Assembly (NCBI GenBank): GCA_008632985.1
Contig: QPGO01000024.1
Coordinates: 511,848-575,847, forward strand
From: Psammoneis japonica
Lineage: Eukaryota
Direction: 5' to 3'
DNA length: 64,000 nucleotides
Each line of letters starts with the position of its first letter. The first letter of the stretch is position 1. Shown here piece by piece: positions 23,462 through 36,200 of the stretch. A model generated the notes under the pieces. It did not search any database. It was not told the DNA's origin and saw nothing but the letters and a program-made list of their open reading frames with translations. Made by a program: the position numbers and the translations under genes.

Positions 23462-25367
23462 ATGTTTTGCAAGACAGCGTGGCACAGAATCTTTTTGCTG
23501 GTGACATTCTTGCTCGTATTCATCCTGATACTTCAGAAAGATTATGACAGAGCAGTCGCCCCTCTGACTTCGAGATATTTGCATTCTAACGAAGACAATA
23601 GCGATGGAAGCACGTCCCCGCTAGACGAACAACATTCGCTTTTCCCTTTAACGTCTCGTGACATATGGGGCTTCACTGCTGCAATATGTGGTTTGATGAT
23701 GGCAGCTGGAGGAGGAATCGGTGGAGGAGGGATCTTGGTTCCGATATATATTTTTGTATTGAAGTTTCCACCGAAGCACGCAATACCTTTGTCGAATGTG
23801 ACTGTGTTTGGCGGTGCTGTTGCCAATACTCTAGTAAATTGCCGAAAACGACATCCGCTCGCAGACAGGCCTTTGATTGATTGGGACCTGATCCTAATGA
23901 TGGAGCCCATGACAATAGCGGGCGCTCTTGCTGGAGCTAGTATCAATAAAGTGTTGCCACAGAGCGTGATTGTGATCATGTTAGCGTTGATGCTCTCAGC
24001 TACAGCTTACAAAACACTAGACAAGGCATGCAAACTGTATCGAACGGAAAGTGCTTCTCTCAGGTGGACTAAAGTTGAAACAGAACAGGAAGTGGATGGC
24101 GACGACGCCACGATTATTGAATTGACAAACCTGGACCAAGCTATAGCAATTGTAGAGCCTGAAGATTCTGATGGAGACAGAGTTGTCAGTTTCAACGCTG
24201 ATGAGAAGGAAGACGTGCCTGAACGATTTTTAGACGCAACCAAAAGGAGCTTAATACACACCCAGGATGATGGCTTGGATCACGCAGGGAAAACCGAAAA
24301 GTTGTCCCATTCACGCCCATCGAGTAATGGAGTTATCTCCATCTTGTTCGCAGTCGATGAGGACGATGTGAGTTCGGTTCCTTCGTGTCTGTCCTCAGAT
24401 GCAATCAGATCTCAACCGTACGACGAAGACGATTCCACGCCTGAAGCCCTAGACGGCGCCAAGTCATCGGCTCGATCGTCTTCCTATCTGGAACCTAGTA
24501 TAGAACGAGGCGATTCTCACTCAATTGGTACAAACCCTCTGCTTCAACACATTCTGGACGAGGAGCGGCATACCCCAATACGCAACGTCATCACTATCGT
24601 TGCATTATTCCTTGTGGTTCTCAACCTCAACATTATCAAAGGCGGTGGAGCATTTTCAAGTCCCGTTGGCATTGAGTGCGGATCACTCACATTCTGGCTC
24701 GCCGAGGCGTTCATGCTTACGTGCATTGTGATCGTCAGTGTTGCCGCGCGCACGATTTTGATTCACAGGACCAGGACAAAGTTGACTGTAAATTATCCTT
24801 ATGTCGAAGGCGACATTATTTGGACGTCAACCGCAACTATTATTTACCCAGCCATTTCAGGAGTCGCAGGCGTAGCCAGCGGCCTCTTTGGTATTGGTGG
24901 TGGGTGAGTGATCGTGTTTGACCAGACCCGCGTATCTTGTCTTTTTTAATCATTTCATGGAGTTGTCACCAACCTTTTTACCTTCCCTCTCCAGAATCGT
25001 CAAGGGACCACTTATGCTCGCCATGGGCGTCCATCCGGCCGTTTCTGCTGCCACATCCGCTTGCATGATTTTCTTTACAAGTTTCACAGCAACAACTTCT
25101 TATGTGGTGTACGGGCTGCTTGTAACGGACTATGCATTAGCGCTCTTGCTAACTGGTTTTCTTGCAACTTTAGTTGGACAAACCGTAATGTCGATGCTCC
25201 TTCGAGCATACAATCGGAATTCTTACATAGCTTTTTCCATTGGGATTGTGGTAACGTTGTCTGCTATATTATTGACAATAGAATCTCTTGTCAAAACAGA
25301 ACCAGATCACGATGATAGTGGTAGCAAGGAACGCTTTGGTGGGTTGTGCAGTAAGAGAATACCATAA
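23462..25367 (+). CDS. Sulfite exporter TauE/SafE family membrane protein (paralog 1)
   Basis: AAGGGIGGGGILVP, RHPLADRPLIDWDL, and GLFGIGGG joined to IVKGPLMLAMGVHP across intron 24904-24994. Confidence 0.9.
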
Positions 25368-25517
25368 GTGTGAATCTTTGACAAAATATCAGGCGTGTGA
25401 CTCTTTTCTCTACTATCTTTACGCAAGACGAAAATTGTTATTACTCGTATTTTCGATTTGGGGACTAAACATTGATCTGCATTGATCTCAGTACAGCGGT
25501 GTGTTCGCCGTACGCTT

Positions 25518-27287
25518 TCAATCTTCTTTGCCACAAATACCGCCAGAGGAGTGGTGTGTAGACTCCGCCATTGAAACAAGAGACTGGATGGTCATGAGAA
25601 AGGCCGACAAGAGGACGACTCCTCCGATAGAGAAAGCAATGTAGGAATTGCGGTTTGATTTCTTCATGAGAATGCCCAGCCCAATCTGACCTACAAGAGT
25701 TGCCACGAATCCAATGCAGAAGCAAACCGAAGCGTAATCGGGAATCAACAATCCAAATACAACAAAGGACGTTGTGGCTGTAAAAGAAGTGAAGAGAATC
25801 ATGCAAGCTGACGACGCGGAAGACACAGCTGGATGGACGCCCATGGCGAGCATGAGAGGCCCCTTGACAATTCTGAAAGGGATGGCAAAAAAGGTTGGTG
25901 ACGACCCTGTGAGATAAAACAGTCAGGATACGCGAGTCAGGTCGAACAAGATCACTCACCCACCACCAACTCCAAACATGCCGGCAAAGAAGCCAGCAAG
26001 GCAACAAACGAGAGGGTATACAATGGTTGCACGACCATCCCATTTGATATCGCCTTCGACATATTTGTATCCGCAAGCCTGTTTTCGCTCAAACTTGCGC
26101 ACCAAGTAGGCACGCGCCATGAAACTGATGAGAACAATCCAGGCAAACATGACAAAGTTGGCAACCCAAAATGATTTGGAGCCGCATCGGATTCCCAAGG
26201 GAGACTTGAAGGCACCACCGCCCTTCATGATGTTGATAAAAAGCACAACCACAAACATGGTGACCAACATCATGATATTTCCGGGCGGAGCGTCCTTTTC
26301 CTCCTCCAGTATTTGCTCCAACTCTTCATTTGCAGCCTTGTCAATATCAACATTCTCTAGATCCCCTTCGTTTTCGTCACTGCTCGAAGAGGCGTCCAAT
26401 AGTTTCTCGGACGCTTCCTGGTCATCATCGTCTTGCTCCTTGTGAATGATGCGGGTGAGCTCGCTCTCCTTTTCTAGCATGCGTCGCGTCTCAATACGAT
26501 GCATCTTGACGGCCTTTGTAAGCGACTTGTACGCCGTGAAACTCAAGAGCGCCACCAGCATGACAACCAAGAGCGTTTCCGGCAAGAGTTTGTTGAGAAA
26601 CGCTCCAATGAGGGCACCTGAAAACATGTTGAAATGGTATGATTGAGTATGCAAGAAACTGGCGGTCATTTTGGACGAAAGCACCAAAGACGTACCTGCA
26701 ATGGTGAGAGGCTCCATAACGAGAATTAAGTCCCAGTCTACCAGCGGTCGATTTGCTAGAGGATGTCGCTTCCTTGTATTGAGAATGGTATTAGCAAAAG
26801 CACCACCTAGGACAGTAATGTTCGACAGAGGAATCGCATGCTTGGGTGAGAATCCCATAACGAGGATATAGATTGGCACGAGAATGCCTCCTCCTCCGAT
26901 ACCTCCTCCTGCTGCAATCATTAAGCCAACAATGGCAAAGCCAAAGCCGAAGAAGTCCGACGTGCTCAAAGGAAACAGAGGGTCATGGTCCAGATGGAGC
27001 ACTTTAGCCCTCTCCTCGTCGTGCTGCTGCAACGTTCTGCTGAGGAGGAAGTCTTCTTCAGCGAGAAAGGACGACGAAGCATCGTTTACTAACTCATGGC
27101 TTGATGACGGCAATAACTCGTTATACAGAAGAGCAGCGAGCGCAGCGAACACAATTAGAACCCACGGTAGCACCAACGACTTGAGTGACCCATGTTGCTT
27201 TCTCTCAGCCTGTTCCTCCTGCCGAGGGACAGCCGCATCTCTTGTCTCCGCCGTCATGGTTGTTGGCTCCAGTACAATGATACCCAC
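25518..27287 (-). CDS. Sulfite exporter TauE/SafE family membrane protein (paralog 2)
   Basis: Same motifs as paralog 1. Introns at ~26618-26695 and 25873-25959. Confidence 0.9.
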
Positions 27288-27851
27288 TCGAACGTCGCAG
27301 TGTTCTTATTTGATATTATGCAATGTCAATACCCACCGCCCAGAGTGATGACTTGCGACAAAGAACATCAGTTGTCAAGTTCCTGTTCGGCTTCAGTCTT
27401 CTTGTTGCCTTCAGTGTCGGTGCGATGCCGTGCAAAAAGCACCGCGAGAAAGACTTTGGCGGTCATTCATTCGAGGTCAAGTTTACCTTCGATGGATGGA
27501 GCGACCGAGCGTCAGTGCGCGGTCCTTTTACTCTACTATTGTACCATACTTCTCTCTACTCTACTCTCAACTCTCTACAGTAGCTAGCTACAGTAGTAGC
27601 TAGAGAGTAGAGCTGTAAAAGCAAGTAGCAAGGACCAACCATGAGCCCACTACTCTATAGGTCTAGAGCATAGAAGTAGCTAAGAGAGTGAGATCGTAGG
27701 TTGTGATGTAACGTATCCATGCACTAGTAGGTTTTACTCATAAAGATTGAACCACGATTTCGGCTTACGTATCCCTTTCGGTTCCGCTACGTCTATCTGT
27801 ACACGTCGTCCGGAAGGTCTACACACAAATGGTGCATCCCGCGCCATAGGG

Positions 27852-29843
27852 TCAATCGATCAAAAACTCAGGTATCTGCTCTTTCGGCCTCAAAAACCGT
27901 AATTGTTGCTGTTTGCGTCGACTTCGTTTCGTCGTCTGAGCTCCGGATGATGAAAAGGGGTGCTTCTTCGTGCTTCGTTGGCATTCAACGTACATTTCTC
28001 TGCTATTGCGAATCACTTCCGCACGGATTCTGGTCGGTGTTGTTTGCAAGGTTGTGGCTACCGACACCGTGGCGCCAATGGATTTTGCTTGGCTAGACAC
28101 AATGGGGTGTATGTCAAATTTAAGCAAACTAAGTTCCCAAGAGCTTGTTGCAAAAGGATTGGCGTGTTCTGGATCCTGTACGGATGCATCATAAACACCG
28201 GAGGTCACGATATCCTGTTCATTTTCTAAGAGTGCACTTATCGATGGATACCGTTGAAAGAGCTGCCTAACAAATGCCAAGAGCGGAGCCGCTGTATGCT
28301 TGGGCGCCAGCAAGGCGATACTACAAAGCCGCTTGACGAAGGAAGCAATTCGTATCGTTGAATACTCACGACGGTTCATAAACGCCGCATTCAAACACTT
28401 CAGTGCAAGGTCTATGACATACTGTTGGTGCTGCTCCTCTTCATAACTCGATGCGTCCAAGTTCCGGTTCTCGAAACTCAACCTAAGACGAAGGACGTAA
28501 GTCGCTTAGGATACAGACACGACAAGAAAAAGGATACTCAACAACTCTGAGACTTACCTGGGAAGCTGACTATATAGAGGCGTCACGTATTCCTTTTGGT
28601 CGATTTTCATTTCACTGCCAGGCCCTTGAAGAGTCTGAAACGCAGTCAAGACACAGTTGAGCGCTCCATCCAAGGGCAAAGTATCAACATTCTGCAACAA
28701 TATCTTCAACACAGCCAACACATCCACAACCGTATCGATGTTTATGAGATGCGCAAATTTCGCCAACCCCTCCAAAGTGGGTGATAGCAAGTTGGACCGA
28801 ACTTGAGCATCTTCGCTTTTGAGGACGTAAAAGTAAACCAGCACAACCGCCTCCAGCATGGAAGCTTGGGACTGCGCCAACACAATCTTATCAACCGTAG
28901 CAGAGCCCTCTCGCATTTCATCTTGAATCTCTGCCAATTGTTTGTCCCGTTTTCTTTTTTTAGCCTTTGCTGACGCGGCGAGTTTGGCGGCCTGGGCCTC
29001 ATCAACGTGGACACGCAACGGTAAAGCTGCAAAGGTCCTCAGCACGTCGGGTCTAACACTAAAATGATTTTTGATGCCATCTCGTACCAACTTCGCCACA
29101 AGCCTTGTTACTTCAAGCGCGACTTCGCCTTGTGCATCATTGGCAAAGACGAAACGTACGGCATCACAACAATGAACGCGAACTTCTTCGATACCAGCGT
29201 GATTCATGTTTCGCACAACGAGGTTGGCAATGTTGGAATGAAAGTTGAAGTGAAAGGCGCATTTGAAAAGTTCGCACAAACACAGGAGAGATGTAACTGC
29301 AAGCGTTTCCGTCATGGCGTCTTGTCCAGAATTCTGGTTTTTGCTTCTGCGTTCCCACGTGCGTTCCAACAATTTGAGGTATTGCTGATAATGACTGAGT
29401 AATGCGCGTTCATAGTCCCACGTGGCCTTTGTTTCCTTGGTAACACGGACAGCCATTTCAGCGGCAGTCGGCAATCGAATACGGTAGGACGGCAAAATAT
29501 CTTGAAAGATCGCCAACAACGACAAGAGACCCAACCGAGCCACGTACGCGTCGTTTCCGTTTTTGAGAATGTTTGATATTTCTAGTAAGCGCCTCATCTT
29601 GGAAACCGTTTCCTCCGATTCATCCTCCTTGTTGACACGAAACGCTCCGATCGGATTCTCCAAAATTGATTCACTCAGTTCTGCAATGAGATTGCATTTT
29701 TGTTCAATTGATAGTTGCACAATTTCATCGACTGCAGCTGTCGCGGCTTCCTTTTCTTCCAGGCGGGCCCTTTTTCGAGATGATGAACTAGAGCCGCTGT
29801 GTTTCTTCTTGTTAGAACTGGACGGATCTTTTTTCTTGGACAT
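27852..29843 (-). CDS. NOC3: Nucleolar complex protein 3 homolog
   Basis: IFQDILPSYRIR, HFNF, LEGLAKFAHLINID, and a C-terminal DPEHANPFATSSWEL (CBF/Mak21 domain). Intron 28483-28557. Confidence 0.88.
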
Positions 29844-30202
29844 CTTGTTTATCTTGTCGCAGTCTCGTTTTCTCTGCGACGTCAACTAACTCAATTCAAC
29901 CTCTATCACTGCTAGTAGCTAAGTAGCTCGATCAACAAAATGAAAAAAAAATAGTGGCGAGGGGAAAAATGAGTGGATGAGCAAATCCATCGGTTCTTCG
30001 TCATGATGACATCATACAATAAACATCTATAAATACTGACGTCGACATGATGTTCTTTTCCCGTACTGCTTTCCACGCGCTGAACGTAAGATCTACGCAC
30101 ACTTTGTACTGAATTGCACGACCCAACTGCCTGCCAAGTTCGCGAGGGAGATTCTGTCACCTTGACCTGCGCATAAAAACGCGACAAAGCAATCGAAGCA
30201 TC

Positions 30203-31101
30203 ATGAGCAGCAACCGGGTGTGCCATTTCAAGCTTGTACTTCTTGGTGACACTGCCGTCGGGAAGTCATGTCTTGTCGTTCGATTTGTTCGTGATGAGTT
30301 CTTTGAATTTCAGGAACCAACCATTGGAGGTATGTCGACAATGTCACAGCTGGGCGTCACGAATGAATCTCGTAGAAACTCTACGTGGAAACATACGAGG
30401 AAGCTCGAGCGGTATTTTGTTGTCTTGGCGAGTCAGAACTCTGGCCTGTCGTAAGAATTTGATGGTTTCAACACGTCATGCGATGTACTGCAAAGAGACC
30501 ATGAGATTGTTGATGGCAACATGCGTATGGATTTCTTTCGTGGCTGCTGATTGAGAAACATGCCGTATGCCGTGTTGCGTTGCCCGCTTTATTCGATTGT
30601 TTCTAACCTTTCTTTTGTGATTGACCCATGTATACTCGCACAGCTGCTTTTTTGACTCAGACTGTTGCTTTGGATGACTCGACTGTCAAGTTTGAAATTT
30701 GGGATACCGCCGGTCAGGAGCGTTACAGGTCCTTAGCTCCAATGTATTACAGAGGCGCCGCCGCTGCGATTGTGGTGTACGATATTACCAATCAGGACTC
30801 CTTTACGGGTGCCAAGTCGTGGGTGAAGGAGCTGCAGAGGAGAGGAGACGAAAATGTCGTGATTGCCCTGGCCGGGAACAAGGCTGACTTGGAGGACCGT
30901 CGCAAGGTGGAGTTTGAAGAGGCCAACGCCTATGCAGAGGAGAATGGGATTTTGCACCTGGAGACTTCCGCAAAGAACGCCAACAATGTCAAGGCGCTTT
31001 TTGTCGAAATCGCCAAGAAGCTTCCCAAAAACCCGCCGCAGCCGGAACGAGAAGCCTTCCCCATTACGGCTCCTCAGCAAGAACAACGAAATTGCTGCTG
31101 A
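30203..31101 (+). CDS. RAB5: Rab5-family small GTPase
   Basis: [26 protein letters not shown] (intron 30330-30643), [30 protein letters not shown] and a C-terminal CC. Confidence 0.95.
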
Positions 31102-31584
31102 GCATCAGATTTCGCAAGTCGCGCGAACGTCGAACGTCCCAGGAGTTGTCGAGGTAAAGAATGGATGCCCAAGTTCTTTCTGGTGTCAAGCTGCTTATAC
31201 GAATGTAACATACTTAGCAGAATGAACACTGTAATTCACAACAGAAATTTTGAGGAAAAGTTTGATTTGAAATAGCTCAATTTATAAGAGTTGACAGTTC
31301 CGTCTAGAAGTAGTGCAGTATCTGCACCGAGAAGCATCGTCGAATTGAATTCCGCTACGACTACTGGGTAGGACGACAATGTTTTGTACGCAAAGCGTGC
31401 TAGAGCTAGCCTCACCTGGTGCCAAGGGCTACGGTATTGCTAAGCTCTGGTTCTTTACACGCTTCGTTATACGGCTTAGCCCTACAGTACGCTCAAACAG
31501 ATGAGCTCTGCGTCACCAAGATTAGACTAAGGTTTGGTGAGCTATGATCTCGTCTGCTTCAGGCACTAGGAGTACCCGGAATGC

Positions 31585-32961
31585 CTACTTCACTAGCCCC
31601 CCACGTGCGGCAAGCGCTTCCACTTCTGACTGCAACAAGGTGACACGTTTGTAGCGAGAGTAAGGAGAAATCTGGGGATCAACAATGTAGTCGTAAATCA
31701 CCTTGATCCACGAATGATAATGAGGAATGCCGTCATAAAACTCTGGAGCCATACTTCGGAGATTGGCCAAATTCCTGCAAGACACAAAGGGAAAGTCGTG
31801 GTGTTCATTATGATAGCCCACATTGTATGTGAGCCAATTGAGTGGTCCGTAGTACGAAAACGTCTCTTGTCCGTCGTTCATCACGTAATGCTCAGAGATA
31901 AAGTGGCCCGCCACGGGGTGCAAACCCATACCCAATAGCGTCCCAAAGATCAGGTACAAGAGACCTCGGATTCCATAAAAATACACAATGGTTGCATCAA
32001 AAACGGCGCTGCATCCGTAGTTAATGTACTCCCACTTGGACGGTTTCTTAGGATTAACCACCATGGGGCGAAGAGAGTAGAAGAGCGGCTGCAGTAGACA
32101 CCAAAGAATCTTCCTGGCGGTGGAGTGAAAGAACCACCCCTCAAAATCGGTAGGAACGTCGACGTCTACCTGGTCTTCACCCTGGAATTTATGATGCTCC
32201 ATATGGTATCTCTTGAATGATGCGGAAGCAGGAATTCCCATACTCAGGTTTGCTGTGATGGAAAGAATTCGGTTGATCAAAGGACGCTTGTGACCCATCT
32301 AATCATTGTTGAATATATGAAACGTTAGATACAAAAAAAGATTAAAATCAGAGGCCACTAGACAGCAAACTGACTTACATTGTGAGACAACTCGTGCATT
32401 GCCAGAGTCATCATGTGGTTGACGCTCCCGGACAGGGTGTAGCAACAAAACGCCCATAAATAAAACGGGGCTCCCTGTAAGAGGTGGATAGAGACGATCT
32501 GCAAAACGAGGCTAGCAATCATCTTGTATTTGGTCATGGGATCGTGTCCCATGAGCTTTGTGACCTGTGGGTACGCAGCCATGATTTGCTTCCGCCTGAT
32601 ATGGCATTGTTCGATGAGCAGCAAACATATAGGTGAGGTACGATGCTGTGAACAAGTCAGGTACAAGTTGAAAGAAAATTCCCTGTAACGTCCATATCCA
32701 ACTTTCACGGCGATTATCGTCAATGAGTACTTCACGAAACAAACGATCCCAGTGCGGCGGCAACGCGAACTCAATGACAATCGAATGGTTCGACTCAGAA
32801 AGGTCTCACCTTAGCACATGCGGCTCTTCACCATCATCCCACCGAAAGCCGGAGCCTGCCATCTTTTCCATCCTCTCCTTGGTGAGCTTCGATGGCTCCT
32901 CCATTTGCTGGGCGGAGATCGACTTCAGCGCCGCCTTTGTTCCGTCGCCGCCTTTTCCCAT
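31585..32961 (-). CDS. DES1: Sphingolipid delta(4)-desaturase / C4-hydroxylase
   Basis: MGKGG start, EEPH..RRKQI, and His boxes HELSH, YHMEHH, YHNEHHDFP. Two introns (~32597-32809 and ~32299-32378). Confidence 0.93.
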
Positions 32962-33259
32962 GGTTGGTTCGTGCGCGCCGATCGATTGGATGAGAAGTGT
33001 GTGTACCGGGCGGTAGGTACTGTACCGTACCGTATGCCCCTGGCGCTAGCTGCGCTCACAGCATTGATGAGCATGGAGCTTCGGCCTGCTCGCTTGCGTG
33101 GTTGTTGTTGGTGGCGGCATTCTGTGATCGTTAATCTTGCGTGCATGCCCGCGCGAATTACTATCGCAGCCATACATCATGCTGTACCATTCAGCGCGGT
33201 ACAATGTGACATTCCGATTTGAATACCATATTACCGCTACGGCATGTACATTCAGCAAC

Positions 33260-36200
33260 AACCTTGCTGCCTCTGCTCCTTCCCCTTTGCCCAACATTGA
33301 GCTCTTGCTTCAGGTCCTTCACCCTGTTGATCCTTCTGATGTGCCTGCTGTCTCCCTTGCTCCCGATGTCATTCGTGACATCATCCTCAAGATGCTGCAG
33401 CACCATGAGAAATGCACCCCTGCACTCCTCTCTTTGCCCTTGACTCTTTGACACTCTCTGAAACCAACAAGCACTCTCGCCCCCACCAGAGTCAGTGCAC
33501 TTCATCCAGTCATGCCTGCAAGCTCTGCTCCCGACCTCCTCCCCTTCTGCAGTCAAGTCCTTTCCTTTCTTCTCCAAAAGTGGCATCTGCATCCTTTGCC
33601 CCACTTTGCTGAGCTCCACTTTGCCAGCACTTTGTCTGATTTCCCACATCCTTCCCACTCGCTGACCCCTGTTGTGGACAATCCTTGTGCTCGACACACT
33701 GCACTTTCACAATCCCCACCTGCAACTCCTTTGATGAGAAGGCTCTCGGCATTCTTGCTGGTCCAACCCTGACCCTTTGTGGCTCTTCCCCCTTTCCTGT
33801 CTCCTCTCTCATTGCCACTCCTTGCTTGTTGGCAAGATCTCAAGCCCTGCTGCCAACCCCATCCTGTGATCTTTTTGTGGCTGCTCTGCCTTCCTCAACC
33901 TTGTTGTCATTTGGCCATCCCAGCATCCCAACAACCTTGCCCAGTGACATCACACTGTGTTTCTGCTCTGCAAGTCTTCTGCATCTCTGCATCCTCTGAT
34001 GCTGTCTTGAATGCCCTTCTTGTTTGTGTCGCCAACCCGCCCAATGCTCCGCCTGCTCTGTCTCCCATTCTGGGCACTTCCACCACTGTCATTCCCTCAA
34101 CTCTCTTCTTGGCAAAACAACATGGGTTGTGATCTTTGCTGATTGCCTCAGGCTTCCTTTTCTCAGCCTGGCGTCAATCGCCTCCTCTCCACTCTGATCC
34201 TCCACTCTCCAACTCCCATTTTCTCTGCCCACGATGCTCTCCTGATCAAGCACAAGCTCTTTTTCTTTCCATCCCCATTTGCCATTGCTCTTTCAGATGC
34301 CAACCTGCACAACTGTGCCAGTTTCCCTTCCAACCTCTTCAATCCCACTCCAGACTCTTCTCCCAATGATGGTGCAGCCTTTCCATCCTGTGCCTCTGCT
34401 GCTCTTCAGCTGCCTGTGCCCTCCCGTGACTCCTTCTCTTGCCATGCTCTTGAGCTGCTTGCCCAAGACTGGCCACTCCCCAAGACCCAAGACCCACTCC
34501 TGACATTGGCCCTCCTCCCTTGTTTTGTCCTTCTGCCTGCCTGCTGTTGATCTGCTGAGCCTCCTCCCTCCAAGTGCCCTCATCCTTCTCCCAGTGCATC
34601 CACTCTTCCCATTGAGGTCCCTCCTGATCAAGTGATGCAGTCTGAGTCTAACGACTCTGCTGCTCCTCAGCAGCCTCAATGTGATGTGGAGCTCCTGGAC
34701 ACTCTCAACATCTTTGTTGCTGCTCATTGTCCTGCTCATCTCTCCAACTGGATGCCCCTCTGTGATGCTGCTGTCCTGGCCCTTGCCCCCAACTTTGACT
34801 CTCTCTGCCACATCATTGCCTTGTGGAACCCATCGGCACCCACACCCCACTGACCTGCCCCTTTTGTTCCTGGTCTCCTTTGTCCACAGATTCATCTTCT
34901 CTCCCTGCTGCTGTGCAAAGTCACCTTTGCCAGGAGCATTCCCATTTCTCCCTTTTACAAGCACCTGCTGATTTTTTAATGCTGCTGGTTTGCATGTCTG
35001 CAGACATTGCAATCACAGCCAACACACCCACCTTTCTCCTGCACACCTCAACAATCACCTGCAAAATGAGCACTTTGCTCCCCACAGAACCCTCAATGTC
35101 AACATTGTTGCCTCTTCCCTTTGCAATGTTGGTGACTGGCACTCCTCTCTTTAATGGCTCTGCTCTCTTGTGCCTGCACCCCCTCCCTTCTGAGCCTCCT
35201 CCCACTGCAAACTCTCCTCTTCTGTCCACAAGGAACTCTGTGCCGCCCTTCATCATGTGCTTTGATGGGTCCTTGCCACTTGTCAGCCCTTTTCTGAACC
35301 TGCTCATCTCACACCTCAATGGCAATGCAATTCTGTGCCCTTTTGCAAGCTGCTTCTGCTCTTCAAGGCTCTCATCCTTGCCCCCGTTCCCCAGTGCTCC
35401 AAATTTGGCCCTGCCACAGCCTCTTGTCTGGCTCTCTTTTGCCGTGGATGCATCTGTCAGCTCTGCAAAGATGCCTGCTCCTTCCCATCATGCTCCTCTT
35501 CTTCTGGCTCCTCTCCCAACTTCTCTGCTTCCACCTGCTGTCACTGCACCAAAGTCTGTGCTGACAAGGATGACTTTCACTCAGCCTGTTCCAAACTCAC
35601 CTGCACACTCCCTGTTGCCACCGTTGCTCCTCAGCGCCTCCCTGAGATCCTCAAGCTCTGCCCTCCTTGCCTTCATCCCTCCCAACATGCCTGATGCTCC
35701 CTCTGCTTGCTCAGCCTCTTCTCTTAAAAATGAGCCCATTGAGCTTTCTGCCGATGCTCTTCTTTCTGCTCTTTTCAAGTGCAAACCCAGCACTGCTGCT
35801 GGCGTGTTTGGTGACTCCACCAATCTTCTCAAGTCCTGTGTTCTCTGCTCCACCAAAACTCCCACTGGCAACTCCCACTGCCCCTGTTTGCCTCCCTTTT
35901 GAGAACTCCTCCTCCTTCTCCTTCATGGCTCTGTCCCTCCTTCTGTCCTCCCCTTGCTTGCCTCCAATCACTTTGTTGCCACTCACAAGGACCCTGATGA
36001 CCTTGACAAGCTTTGCCCCGCAGGCATTGGCATGGCCCTTTGCCACACAACTGCTGGCTCTGTCATTGTGACTCTTTTTGTTTCTGACTTTACCAAATGC
36101 TTTTTCCCTGATGGTCAATTTGGAGTTGGTGTCAAAGGTGGTCTTGGCTGCATTGTTCACTCCACTCATGCCAAACATTGAATGACATCTTTCCACTGCT

